From a virus (Duplodnaviria; Caudoviricetes), in the IMG/VR virus record IMGVR_UViG_3300010376_000126, positions 1-25,260 of that record: a stretch of 25,260 bases of DNA; one strand, given 5' to 3'. Below, in pieces: positions 16,427-24,422 of the stretch. The notes under the pieces were generated by a model. That model had not been told where the DNA came from. It worked only from the letters and a program-made list of their open reading frames with translations, and made no database searches. The position numbers and the translations under genes were made by a program. The first letter of the stretch is position 1. Every line of letters begins with the position of its first letter.

Positions 16427-17398
16427 CTATGCGGCGCTTTCCTCCGCGGGATATGCGACCTCGTAGAGGGCTGCGATCTCCTCGAGCGCTTCCTGCCGTC
16501 CCGGGGCGTCCTTGTTCTTGAACGCCGCATTGGCGCGGAATGCCTGCTCTTTCTCGGTGATCTTCCGCCGTGCTTCCTCGATGCTGGGCCTGTCGCCGAA
16601 ACCGCCTTGCCCCTTGCCGAGCAGGCCGTCTTCCCTGAGCTGCGAGCCCATCAATGCAAAGACCTGTGCGAGCGCCGGATTGTTGCCCAGATTGCTCGCC
16701 GTCAATTCCTTGACCAGCTGATCGCCGATCCCGAGCTGCTTGGCATAATGGCCAATCGCCGCTTCCGCATCCTTCAGATGACCATCGTAGTCGCCGCCCC
16801 ACTTAGAGCGCAGTGCAGCGCTCGCCTTTTCCATGTCGGCCTTGCGCGCATCGCCAGCGGCGGCGAACAGATCTGCCTGCAGCTTGTCCCAGTCGCCGCG
16901 GCCGAGATCGATCTGGCGCTGCGTCACTCCCATCTTGTGAAGGATCGGCGCCAACTGCTTCTGAAAATTCGCATCAGCCTCGTTATAATCGCTGCCATCC
17001 GCGCGCTTGCCGAACGCATATTTGTCGGCTGTATCGGGACGACCCTGCGCCTTGTAGAAGGCATCCCAGCCCGCCGCATCTTTGTCATCCTTGGGAAGAA
17101 CCGCCAGCCGGTTCTTGTCGAGGCCGACCATGCGCTGGGCGTTGACGAAGCTGTCGTAGAGCCCGTTCTCGTCCTTGATGTCCTTGAAGCTCGCGTCATT
17201 GCGGTACTTCTCCGGCAGGCGCTCGGCGAACGGTTTCTGGCTGTCGACGTACCTCTGCGCCAAGCTTCCGACGTCCTTGATGTCCTTGAACGCCGCGTTA
17301 CCGCGCAAGCCTTCCGGCAGGCTCGCTGTCCAGTCGGCGCCATTGCCCGACGATGCCGGCGCCGATCCGCTCTGTGCTGTTCCTGCGTCACTCATCAT
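16427..17398 (-). CDS. Capsid scaffolding/assembly protein, 323 aa
   Basis: W.ASLPE.LR N-terminus, FYKAQGRPDTADKY, LRSKWGGDYD, LGNNPAL and LRED motifs; helical; precedes the capsid gene; SD AGGAG. Confidence 0.88.
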   Translation of the reverse strand: MMSDAGTAQSGSAPASSGNGADWTASLPEGLRGNAAFKDIKDVGSLAQRYVDSQKPFAERLPEKYRNDASFKDIKDENGLYDSFVNAQRMVGLDKNRLAVLPKDDKDAAGWDAFYKAQGRPDTADKYAFGKRADGSDYNEADANFQKQLAPILHKMGVTQRQIDLGRGDWDKLQADLFAAAGDARKADMEKASAALRSKWGGDYDGHLKDAEAAIGHYAKQLGIGDQLVKELTASNLGNNPALAQVFALMGSQLREDGLLGKGQGGFGDRPSIEEARRKITEKEQAFRANAAFKNKDAPGRQEALEEIAALYEVAYPAEESAA

Positions 17399-17406
17399 CT
17401 GCTCCT

Positions 17407-17459
17407 AAAGAAAGACGGCCCCGCGCTCCGGTTCGTGTCGCGTACGGCACACGGGGCCG
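17407..17459 (-). terminator. Hairpin plus U-tract directly upstream of the scaffold RBS
   Basis: CGGCCCCG...CGGGGCCG stem followed by TCTTTCTTT and then AGGAG. Confidence 0.45.
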
Positions 17460-17465
17460 CTCTCA

Positions 17466-17885
17466 TCACCGCGCCTTCTTGCTTGCAGAAGGCACTGGAT
17501 GCGGATCAACCGGCAGGCCGATCACGGCCCAGCCATATTCTTCGGTCCACACCGTTTGCCACGTCATTTTTTCGAGCGGGCCGGTCGGTGGCGTCTCGTC
17601 GGGTGGCGGCGCCTCCGGCAAAGGTGGTTGCGTTGCGACCGGGGGATAGCCCGGCCCGCCGGGGAACGAACTTCCGGGTGGTCCCCAGATCGGGAACGTC
17701 GGTGAGCCCGGTGGCTGACCGCCGCCGCCCGGTGGCTGATAGCCCGGTGAGCCCGGAAACACCGGACCGCTAATCGGATTGCTCGGTCTTGGATCGGTCG
17801 GACCCCAGATGCCAAGCGGAGGCTGACCGCCGCCGGGATCTGTCAGCGGCGTGATCGTTGCGAGAAACGGCTTGCCTACTTCCAT
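17466..17885 (-). CDS. Pro/Gly-rich protein, 139 aa, with IWGP repeats
   Basis: SD AAGGAG 8 nt before ATG at 17885; fits operon packing (5 nt after the upstream stop). Confidence 0.8.
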   Translation of the reverse strand: MEVGKPFLATITPLTDPGGGQPPLGIWGPTDPRPSNPISGPVFPGSPGYQPPGGGGQPPGSPTFPIWGPPGSSFPGGPGYPPVATQPPLPEAPPPDETPPTGPLEKMTWQTVWTEEYGWAVIGLPVDPHPVPSASKKAR

Positions 17886-17890
17886 GTCAC

Positions 17891-18151
17891 TCACTCCTTG
17901 GGGCTTGCGGTTGCTGGCGTCGTACCAACGGGCGGGAGCTGAACCCACACTTGGTTCTCAGGGTCGGCACCGACCATCGGAAATCGCCAGATCGTGCCAT
18001 CCGACATCAGGACTGTGACAGCTTCCACCACACGACCGCTGCCGCCATAGGCGTTGCTCGTCACGGCAATCTGCTGCGGGATCGCTGTCTGCGGCGTCAC
18101 CGCCTTCCGCACTTTCGCGGCACGCATCTTCGCGGTCGGCCTAGCGGGCAT
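17891..18151 (-). CDS. Small hypothetical protein, 86 aa (QIA...LxxDGTIW...W family)
   Basis: SD GGAG before ATG at 18151; overlaps the upstream stop; shares a motif with the neighbouring gene. Confidence 0.75.
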   Translation of the reverse strand: MPARPTAKMRAAKVRKAVTPQTAIPQQIAVTSNAYGGSGRVVEAVTVLMSDGTIWRFPMVGADPENQVWVQLPPVGTTPATASPKE

Positions 18152-18398
18152 GCGTCTCTCCAAAAAATGCAGATGGCACGTCGACCACACGATCCCAGCG
18201 TTCCGGCTGGGCCAACGGCCGGTGCGCCCATACCGTGCCGTCCGTGCAGAGCGCATACATCACCGACACCACATAGCCGTCACTGCCGTCCTGCCACATC
18301 GCGATCTGTACGACCTTGCGCCCGCGGAAGCGCACTGGCTTGCCAGAAAAAACCTTGCTGGCAACGCCCTGATCCGCATGCATCAAGCCAGACATCAC
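18141..18398 (-). CDS. Small hypothetical protein, 85 aa (RKVVQIA...YALCTDGTVW...W)
   Basis: GTGA/TGATG overlap with the upstream stop; shares a motif with the downstream gene. Confidence 0.75.
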   Translation of the reverse strand: MMSGLMHADQGVASKVFSGKPVRFRGRKVVQIAMWQDGSDGYVVSVMYALCTDGTVWAHRPLAQPERWDRVVDVPSAFFGETHAR

Positions 18399-18703
18399 TC
18401 CACCAGCCTTTCGATATCATCCTTGGTGGTCTCGCGCGCCAGCGCGATCATTTCTGCTTCTGTCCAACGCAGCGCATTGCAGATCTCGAGCGCAAGTGAA
18501 CGCCGGCCCTCATAAAACCGGCTGTCCTCGGGTTGCGGCGAGGTCTCGAGGATCCCGCCGCGGCGCATCAGATCGTGCAGCACCAGCTGGCCTTCCGGCG
18601 TCGCATAGACCGCGTGATAGGCCTGATTGACCGCCGCCTGCCGGCGGAAGCCTTTCAGCACCTTCGCGACCTGATCGCGCGCCAGCTGGAGATCCATGCT
18701 CAT
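18395..18703 (-). CDS. Bbp19-like phage protein, 102 aa
   Basis: AYHAVYATPEGQLVLHDL...FYEGRRSLALEI pattern typical of the small gene between portal and scaffold; ATGA overlap at 18700-18703. Confidence 0.8.
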   Translation of the reverse strand: MSMDLQLARDQVAKVLKGFRRQAAVNQAYHAVYATPEGQLVLHDLMRRGGILETSPQPEDSRFYEGRRSLALEICNALRWTEAEMIALARETTKDDIERLVE

Positions 18704-19113
18704 CCGGCCAGCCTCGTGACACCGAGCGCGGCGCGGATCTTGCCGCCCAGACCGAGTGCCTTCTCGAACCGGCGATATTCCGGTGTCGTCGTCAGCACCC
18801 ATTCGATGAAGCAGCCGCCCTTACCGGTCGACGGATCGTAGAGATCGAAGTCGCACTTAAAATCGTGAGGCCGCTTCAGCCGCGCCGCCTCCTCGAAATC
18901 GCGGATGATCTTGGGCATCAGAAGATCCTGTGCCGAGATCTCACCTTTGTGCAGCTCGCAGTAGTGCAATGTCGTGAACATCTTGAGCGCACGATGCCCG
19001 GGCTCGCGCGGTGTCTTCGATGCCACGACGAGACGCGGCGCCCGCGACGGCGTATTGGGGCAGTGCAGCCCGTAGGCATAGAAGTGATCGCAGACCTTCT
19101 CGGGCCGGTTCAT
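18700..19113 (-). CDS. Hypothetical Cys/His-containing protein, 137 aa
   Basis: Packed 1 nt after the upstream stop; CDH-x6-HC and HYCELH motifs. Confidence 0.7.
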   Translation of the reverse strand: MNRPEKVCDHFYAYGLHCPNTPSRAPRLVVASKTPREPGHRALKMFTTLHYCELHKGEISAQDLLMPKIIRDFEEAARLKRPHDFKCDFDLYDPSTGKGGCFIEWVLTTTPEYRRFEKALGLGGKIRAALGVTRLAG

Positions 19114-19114
19114 C

Positions 19115-19510
19115 TCACCACTCGTTCACGATCTTGACGGCGAGCTTGCCATCAGTCGGCTGCTGATCTTCCGGAAGGGGCTCGAGCCGCGAGACATGAA
19201 ACATCCCGGGCTTCAGCACATCCTCGTCCTGCGGATTGAACACCACGGCATCAAACTCGAGGCGCCTTTTGAGATGCGCGCGCAGCATCATCCGTGCAAC
19301 GACTTTTCCCTTTCGCATGTAGTGCTTCCAGCCACGCTTCACGGTCAGTGAGTGCAAAACCTCGAAGGGATGACCGGCCGCAAAGAAGTCGCCGGTATCA
19401 AGGGCATTGCGCTCCCAGCGCCCGCGCTCGATGTCCGCCAGATAGGCGCGCAGGCTTGGATCTTTCGTCAGGCTCTTGGCGGCTTCCGCCAATGTCATGC
19501 CTCTCGTCAT
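19115..19510 (-). CDS. Hypothetical protein, 131 aa
   Basis: ATGA overlap with the portal stop and SD GAGGAGG. The ORF-track extension to 20026 lies inside the portal gene and is spurious. Confidence 0.75.
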   Translation of the reverse strand: MTRGMTLAEAAKSLTKDPSLRAYLADIERGRWERNALDTGDFFAAGHPFEVLHSLTVKRGWKHYMRKGKVVARMMLRAHLKRRLEFDAVVFNPQDEDVLKPGMFHVSRLEPLPEDQQPTDGKLAVKIVNEW

Positions 19511-21252
19511 GCTGCCTCCTCGCCGCCCGGCGGCGCGTTCTCGTTTGCTGCACCGCCGCCCGGCCCGCCGCCCATCGTCTGGCCGGCGTCGGCGAGGTTC
19601 TTGATCGCGCCGCTCGCATCGGCTGCGGCGCCGGCCATGCTCTGCAGCTGCGCATGCTGCGCGGCCGCTGCTTGCGCCTCCTGCTGCTGCTGCGCTTCCT
19701 GCGCCAGCTGATCGGGCGACTTCAATGCATTGACCGGCGCATTGAGGTCGAGCTGGGTGCGCCGCATGATCCACTCGATGTCGAGGATCGTCGGCGACTG
19801 CGGATCGAGCTGCTTCAGCACCATCTGGCGCTGGATCAGCCGCTCGAGAGCGTCGTTCTCGCTCGAACGCTGCGCCAGCGCAATCGGCGACACATAGTCG
19901 ACATGCAGCTGCTGGCCCGAGAGCGTGCGTGGGGGCGGAGGGAATGGCGAGCCGGGTCCAAAGCGCATCTTCATCGACTTGCGCCACAGGAGGGCGAAGC
20001 ACCTGTCGATGAGCGGACCATTCCACTCCGCGTTCATCCGAGACAGAAACGGCGAGAGCGCCATCATCTCCTTGTCGCGGCGCTGCATCCAGTAAGTCGC
20101 CGTGGACCCCTTTCCCTCGCTGCTCGGATCTTCCGGGTCGCTCGGCATGTGCAACAGATCGACGAAGAACGTCTTGCCGATGGCGTTGCGCAGCTCGTTC
20201 AGCATCTCTTGGCCGAGCGGCAGATTGGTACCCATCTGGATCGCATTGATGCGGTCATCGGGGCGAAGGCCCGGGCGGCGGAAGATCAGCGAACCGGGCA
20301 CGGTCCGAATAGGGACGATATAACCGTTGTCTGGAAGCTCGAGCGGCGGATCGATGGTCTTCTGCGACGCCTTCACGACCAGCCGCACAAACTCGTTCAG
20401 CATCTTGACGTCGGGCAACGCCGTCGAACCTGGCCCCCGGCCATAGACCTCATTGGTCGCCACCGAGAAGCGCGGTGTCAGATAGACGAATTCGTTGTTG
20501 CCGCCGACGCTAATCAGCTCTTTGCTGTCTTCGCAGACGTAGACGCTCTCGTATGCCATGTGCAGCTTGTCGGCGCGCTGCGGGTCGCGGTTCTTGCGCG
20601 GCTGCACCCGGTGATGGAAGTGGAATTTCTGATCGGGTTTGTCGTCCTCGATGGCCTTCAGGACTTTCTCGCCGGCCTTCTTGCCCCACTGGCCATAGGC
20701 CTGCTTCGCGGTCCATGGCCAGCGCCGCGACAGCGAATCGACCCGGTCACTCTCGTTCTCGACCCAGCGGCATTCGCGCATATGCCTCGTCGAGAACAGC
20801 GGCATGCCTTCCTTGTTCTCGAGTACGCCCATGCAGGCGGTGCCGATGCTGGCAATGTCGTCGTAGACCTCTTGGCTCTGCGACGCGAAATTGTAGCGCG
20901 CCGAATTGAACACCGCGTAGAGCGCAAGCGTCGCCGCGTCGAGCCATGCGCGCGTCTGATAATCTTGGTTCAGCGCATCGTTGTCGGGCATCAGCGAGAA
21001 CCACAACAATGTCGAGCTCGTGAGGAAGCTGTGGCAGGCGGCGCGGAATTGTTCGCGGGCCCAGAGCGGATAGCTGTCGTAAACCCACTGCATGCGTTTT
21101 TGGCCGGGCGAACGCTGTGTCGTGTAATCGGCGCGGTCGGGGTGCATGTAGTTTGTGATCGACTGCCAGTGCGTCAGCGTCTGGCCGGCGTCGGCATCGC
21201 GGCGCTCCCAGTCCCTGATCACATCCTTCGCGAGATCGCGGTCGTCTGGCAT
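19507..21252 (-). CDS. Portal (head-to-tail connector), 581 aa, T7 gp8-like family
   Basis: SNF-like YNF.SQ, PRFSVATNEVYGRGPG.TALPDVK.LN, DPPL, TATYW and VDYVSPIALAQR motifs; size and synteny. Confidence 0.93.
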   Translation of the reverse strand: MPDDRDLAKDVIRDWERRDADAGQTLTHWQSITNYMHPDRADYTTQRSPGQKRMQWVYDSYPLWAREQFRAACHSFLTSSTLLWFSLMPDNDALNQDYQTRAWLDAATLALYAVFNSARYNFASQSQEVYDDIASIGTACMGVLENKEGMPLFSTRHMRECRWVENESDRVDSLSRRWPWTAKQAYGQWGKKAGEKVLKAIEDDKPDQKFHFHHRVQPRKNRDPQRADKLHMAYESVYVCEDSKELISVGGNNEFVYLTPRFSVATNEVYGRGPGSTALPDVKMLNEFVRLVVKASQKTIDPPLELPDNGYIVPIRTVPGSLIFRRPGLRPDDRINAIQMGTNLPLGQEMLNELRNAIGKTFFVDLLHMPSDPEDPSSEGKGSTATYWMQRRDKEMMALSPFLSRMNAEWNGPLIDRCFALLWRKSMKMRFGPGSPFPPPPRTLSGQQLHVDYVSPIALAQRSSENDALERLIQRQMVLKQLDPQSPTILDIEWIMRRTQLDLNAPVNALKSPDQLAQEAQQQQEAQAAAAQHAQLQSMAGAAADASGAIKNLADAGQTMGGGPGGGAANENAPPGGEEAA

Positions 21253-21453
21253 CTACTGCCCCAGCAGAGATTTTTTGGCGATGGTCGGTGCGCTGACATC
21301 GCCCTGTCCGCTCGTGAGCAACGTCTGGGCGCGGCCGTACATCTGGCCGGTCTGCGTGCCGGCAGCGCGCGCTGCCGCTTGGATCGCGGGATCGGTCGGC
21401 GTCGGTGCCGTCACCGGGGCACGCTCGGGCGGACCTGAGAACAGACTACCCAT
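21253..21453 (-). CDS. Small virion assembly protein, 66 aa (T7 gp7.3-like position)
   Basis: MGSLFSGP...GRAQTLLT.GQG...KKSLLGQ pattern typical of the gene preceding the portal in these phages. Confidence 0.8.
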   Translation of the reverse strand: MGSLFSGPPERAPVTAPTPTDPAIQAAARAAGTQTGQMYGRAQTLLTSGQGDVSAPTIAKKSLLGQ

Positions 21454-21697
21454 AGGTGATCGCCTCGCTGCGCTCGATGGACCAGCCGTCGCGCGGATCG
21501 GGATTGCTGTCGGCGAAGCGCTTCAAGGGATTGGGCTGTGGCACAGGCCCCCCGGCAATGGCCAGCACCTGTGCCTGCGTGACCGGCTGATAACCGTTTG
21601 CGGCGTACTGTCTCGCCATCGCGGCGTCGGTATCCGACGTCGCCACGGAGCCGGGGGCGTAAAGATAGAAATTGGCGCGCAGATCGTAGCCGGCCAT
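21446..21697 (-). CDS. Hypothetical protein, 83 aa
   Basis: Overlaps both neighbours (TGATG and an 8-nt overlap); protein-like composition. Confidence 0.7.
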   Translation of the reverse strand: MAGYDLRANFYLYAPGSVATSDTDAAMARQYAANGYQPVTQAQVLAIAGGPVPQPNPLKRFADSNPDPRDGWSIERSEAITYG

Positions 21698-21945
21698 CAG
21701 CTCTTCACTTTCGCCTTCACCGGCATCGGCTGGACCGCTGTCAGGGTCAGGCTGGTGATCTCGTAGGGGCCGGCGATGGGCTTGAGACCGCCCGCGACCT
21801 CCGCGGTGCCCTGCGTGATCGCGCGCTGCACCATCGGAAGAAAATCGTCGGCGCCATAGCGCAAGGTGACGAGGCCCTTGGCGTCCCAGCCTTCCTGCAT
21901 CGGCGTGGTGCCCTTGAGCTCAAAGACGTAGTCGATGTAGTCCAT
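21697..21945 (-). CDS. Hypothetical protein, 82 aa
   Basis: SD AAGGAGG 5 nt before ATG; operon packing. Confidence 0.75.
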   Translation of the reverse strand: MDYIDYVFELKGTTPMQEGWDAKGLVTLRYGADDFLPMVQRAITQGTAEVAGGLKPIAGPYEITSLTLTAVQPMPVKAKVKS

Positions 21946-21956
21946 CGCAGCCTCCT

Positions 21957-22109
21957 TCAGACCTTCACCATCTGGATCGCGAACGCGAGCGTCAGGAAGA
22001 ACAGCCCGAGCGCGAGGATGTTGATGGGCGACGGCGCCGGCACGTTGAAAGTCGAGAGCAGGAAGCAGACCAGCGCAACGACGAACAGAACGATCACGAG
22101 CACAGCCAT
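21957..22109 (-). CDS. Small two-TM membrane protein, 50 aa (holin-like topology)
   Basis: SD GAGGAGG before ATG at 22109; two ~20-aa hydrophobic stretches joined by NVPAPSPIN. Confidence 0.75.
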   Translation of the reverse strand: MAVLVIVLFVVALVCFLLSTFNVPAPSPINILALGLFFLTLAFAIQMVKV

Positions 22110-22119
22110 GATGACCTCC

Positions 22120-22452
22120 TCAAGGAGTGCGGATAGCGACAGCAATCGGCCCTTCATTTTTCGGCGGCGGATCGACGACGATGTAGGTGCCGCCGGCATC
22201 GACGGCAGTGATGGTGTAGTAGCCGTCGTTTTGCGTAGAGCCGTAGATCTCGATGGGATCCCACACCGCAAAGACACCGAACTCATTGGCACCGCTGCCG
22301 GTGATCCGGCCGTTCACTGCGGTGAAGGTGGCGCTGTCGAGGATGAGCTTGAGCATCCCCTTGTCGCGCGTATTGAACCGGGTCTCGCTGCCCTGATCGA
22401 TCCGGTTGTTAGGCTGCGTTGCTCTGATCCGCGTCCCCAGTTCGTCGACCAC
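22120..22452 (-). CDS. Hypothetical beta-rich protein, 110 aa, possibly structural
   Basis: SD GGGAGG before GTG; F.VWDPIEIYGSTQNDGYYTITAVD resembles small beta-barrel modules of virion proteins. Confidence 0.7.
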   Translation of the reverse strand: MVDELGTRIRATQPNNRIDQGSETRFNTRDKGMLKLILDSATFTAVNGRITGSGANEFGVFAVWDPIEIYGSTQNDGYYTITAVDAGGTYIVVDPPPKNEGPIAVAIRTP

Positions 22453-22633
22453 TGCTCAGTCCTCCCTGATATTCGCCACACCAGTCCTCGAGACGTTTGG
22501 CCACGATGGCCGGGAAGCGGTGACATTCGCCGTAGATGAACACGTTGGGCGAGCGCGATGCCTGCACCCCCGGTGGCACGGCCTTTGGCGGTTCAAAAAA
22601 ACGACAGCTCCCGCAGCGCGCATCGCCGATCAC
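22409..22633 (-). CDS. Small Cys-rich protein, ~74 aa (CxxC...GECHRFP...DWCGEY)
   Basis: GTGA overlap with the upstream stop at 22630-22633; four-Cys motif. Confidence 0.7.
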   Translation of the reverse strand: MIGDARCGSCRFFEPPKAVPPGVQASRSPNVFIYGECHRFPAIVAKRLEDWCGEYQGGLSSGRRTGDADQSNAA

Positions 22634-22908
22634 TTCACCACCTTGAATTCGCCGGCCTGTCCGCCTTCGCGGATGCCCTTCAGCCACTGGCCCATCTTGC
22701 CGGGAATGAGGAGGAAGAGGTCGGCAACTTCGCCGGGCTTGCCGTCCTCTTCCTCCGCTGGGACCGCGTAGAGTCGTCCGACAATCCCAGCGAATTCGTA
22801 CTGATCGACGCAGTAGATGGATCCGCCGATGATCTTCCCGTCCTTTACCGTTTCCGTGTGGTGCAAAAGGGGGGCTGTGAACGTCACTCGGTCGCCGAGC
22901 TTCGCCAT
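22630..22908 (-). CDS. Hypothetical protein, 92 aa
   Basis: Probable start MAKLGDRVTF at 22908; SH3/KOW-like GDRV start; coupled to the next gene. Confidence 0.7.
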   Translation of the reverse strand: MAKLGDRVTFTAPLLHHTETVKDGKIIGGSIYCVDQYEFAGIVGRLYAVPAEEEDGKPGEVADLFLLIPGKMGQWLKGIREGGQAGEFKVVK

Positions 22909-22964
22909 TGGTCTCTCAACATAGATCTGGTGAACGCCGAGGCGGCTTGACGCCGCATCATTTG

Positions 22965-24422
22965 TCAACTGGGAAGTGGCTCCCACTCGAATTCGGCCTG
23001 CGTTCCCGCCGCCGCCATGCTCCAGCTGTCGCGTCGCCCACGGATCTCGAGATCTTCGCCGCCGGCACTCAGGACATAGCCGAGCGCGTCCATCGGATGC
23101 GAAAATTGATTCTTCTCAGGCACTTCATCGAAGCGTGGCGTACCGGGAACATGCATCAATCGATAGCGATAGCCGGAGTTGAAACCTTCGTTGAGAACAG
23201 TGCAGCCCATGCTCAATTCGAGTCCCGGCTCACCATCGATCAACTGGGTGAGCGGCCGGCGGATTGCCTCGAGACGCGGGATCAGCGCATTGGTCGGCGC
23301 TGGCTCGATCAGGATGCCGCATTCGTTGGCGACGATCTCGATCCAGCTGTTTTCGCCCATCTGCTTGTCGGCGCCATAGGCCGCAGTCGGATCGGCCCAG
23401 CCCTTGATCTCGAAAGCTTCCGGATATTCGTCATGCAGCACCTGCGCAACGCTGCGGCCGAAACGGATGGGTCCGGTGCCCTGTTCGCTGACGATCTCGC
23501 GCAGGATCCGCCACTTGCCGTTCGCCAGCTTCTGCACGATCACGCAAGCCGGCGATCCCCCTGCGTCGAAGCCTAGCCGCAGAGGGATGCCCGGCACCAT
23601 CTCGAGCACCTGACCGGCGCGATGCAGGTTTTCGTTGTACTCTGGAAACACCGGCTTGCCCGAGCGCGAGAACCCCGGGCGATTTTTGATCATTCTCTCG
23701 ATGTACCATTCCGGCTGATCGCGCATCTGCACTTCGTAGTAGCCGGGCGGCAGGTTCTTGAGGTTTTCAGCGCGCGGATCGAGCCCGCTCGGCTGGCGCA
23801 GCAACAGCACGTCATCGGGCGTATTGCGGAAGATGTCCTGATAGAGCCACGAGGTCTCTTCCGGCGCATTGCAGTCGCCGATGATGCCGTACCAGCTCGG
23901 CCCGCCTTCCGACATGTCGGGATAACGGCCGACGCGACCGCGGGCATACTGGTAGACCTCACGCGCAAGGAGATCGAGTTCGATCAGCCACACCGCGGTC
24001 ATTTCGTAGCCGCGCATCACTTCCTCGACGGCGTTGTCCCCGACCGCGACCAGATCCATCCCGAAATCGACCCGCGTGCCATCCTTGAGGCCGAACGACA
24101 GCTGGAATTGCGATGGCGCATTCGCGGCGCCGCTCCACTCGCCCATGTTGCGCGGCAGGAGCTTGTTGATCGACGGGATCGTGGCGCGATGCAGCTGGCG
24201 GTAATTTTCCTGTATCGCGACGAGCTTGAATTTCCGGATCCCGTCCTTGGTCGAGGGCCGCTGCGCCATCGCAAGCCGGATCGCCTTCATCAGTACGGTG
24301 CGCGTCTTGCCGCTGCCGATGGGACCGTTGATCAGGTTGACGAACTTGGTCTCCTGCATGAAGCGCCAGCTGACCGGCCCGGGAGACTCCCAGTCGAGAT
24401 TGAGGACTTCAGGCTGCGTCAT
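22965..24422 (-). CDS. terL: Terminase large subunit, 485 aa
   Basis: Walker A GPIGSGKT, Walker B-like VWLIE, RVGRYP, motif III DCNAP, RNase H-like GFDAG and C-terminal KNQFSHPMDALGY. Confidence 0.95.
   Translation of the reverse strand: MTQPEVLNLDWESPGPVSWRFMQETKFVNLINGPIGSGKTRTVLMKAIRLAMAQRPSTKDGIRKFKLVAIQENYRQLHRATIPSINKLLPRNMGEWSGAANAPSQFQLSFGLKDGTRVDFGMDLVAVGDNAVEEVMRGYEMTAVWLIELDLLAREVYQYARGRVGRYPDMSEGGPSWYGIIGDCNAPEETSWLYQDIFRNTPDDVLLLRQPSGLDPRAENLKNLPPGYYEVQMRDQPEWYIERMIKNRPGFSRSGKPVFPEYNENLHRAGQVLEMVPGIPLRLGFDAGGSPACVIVQKLANGKWRILREIVSEQGTGPIRFGRSVAQVLHDEYPEAFEIKGWADPTAAYGADKQMGENSWIEIVANECGILIEPAPTNALIPRLEAIRRPLTQLIDGEPGLELSMGCTVLNEGFNSGYRYRLMHVPGTPRFDEVPEKNQFSHPMDALGYVLSAGGEDLEIRGRRDSWSMAAAGTQAEFEWEPLPS

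Noticed and set aside
5918-23640. Single GTTGTAC occurrences inside genes (near 5918, 10583, 14304, 23633)
   Set aside because: Reverse complement of Tyr-Asn codons; not tandem, so not counted as arm-type sites.
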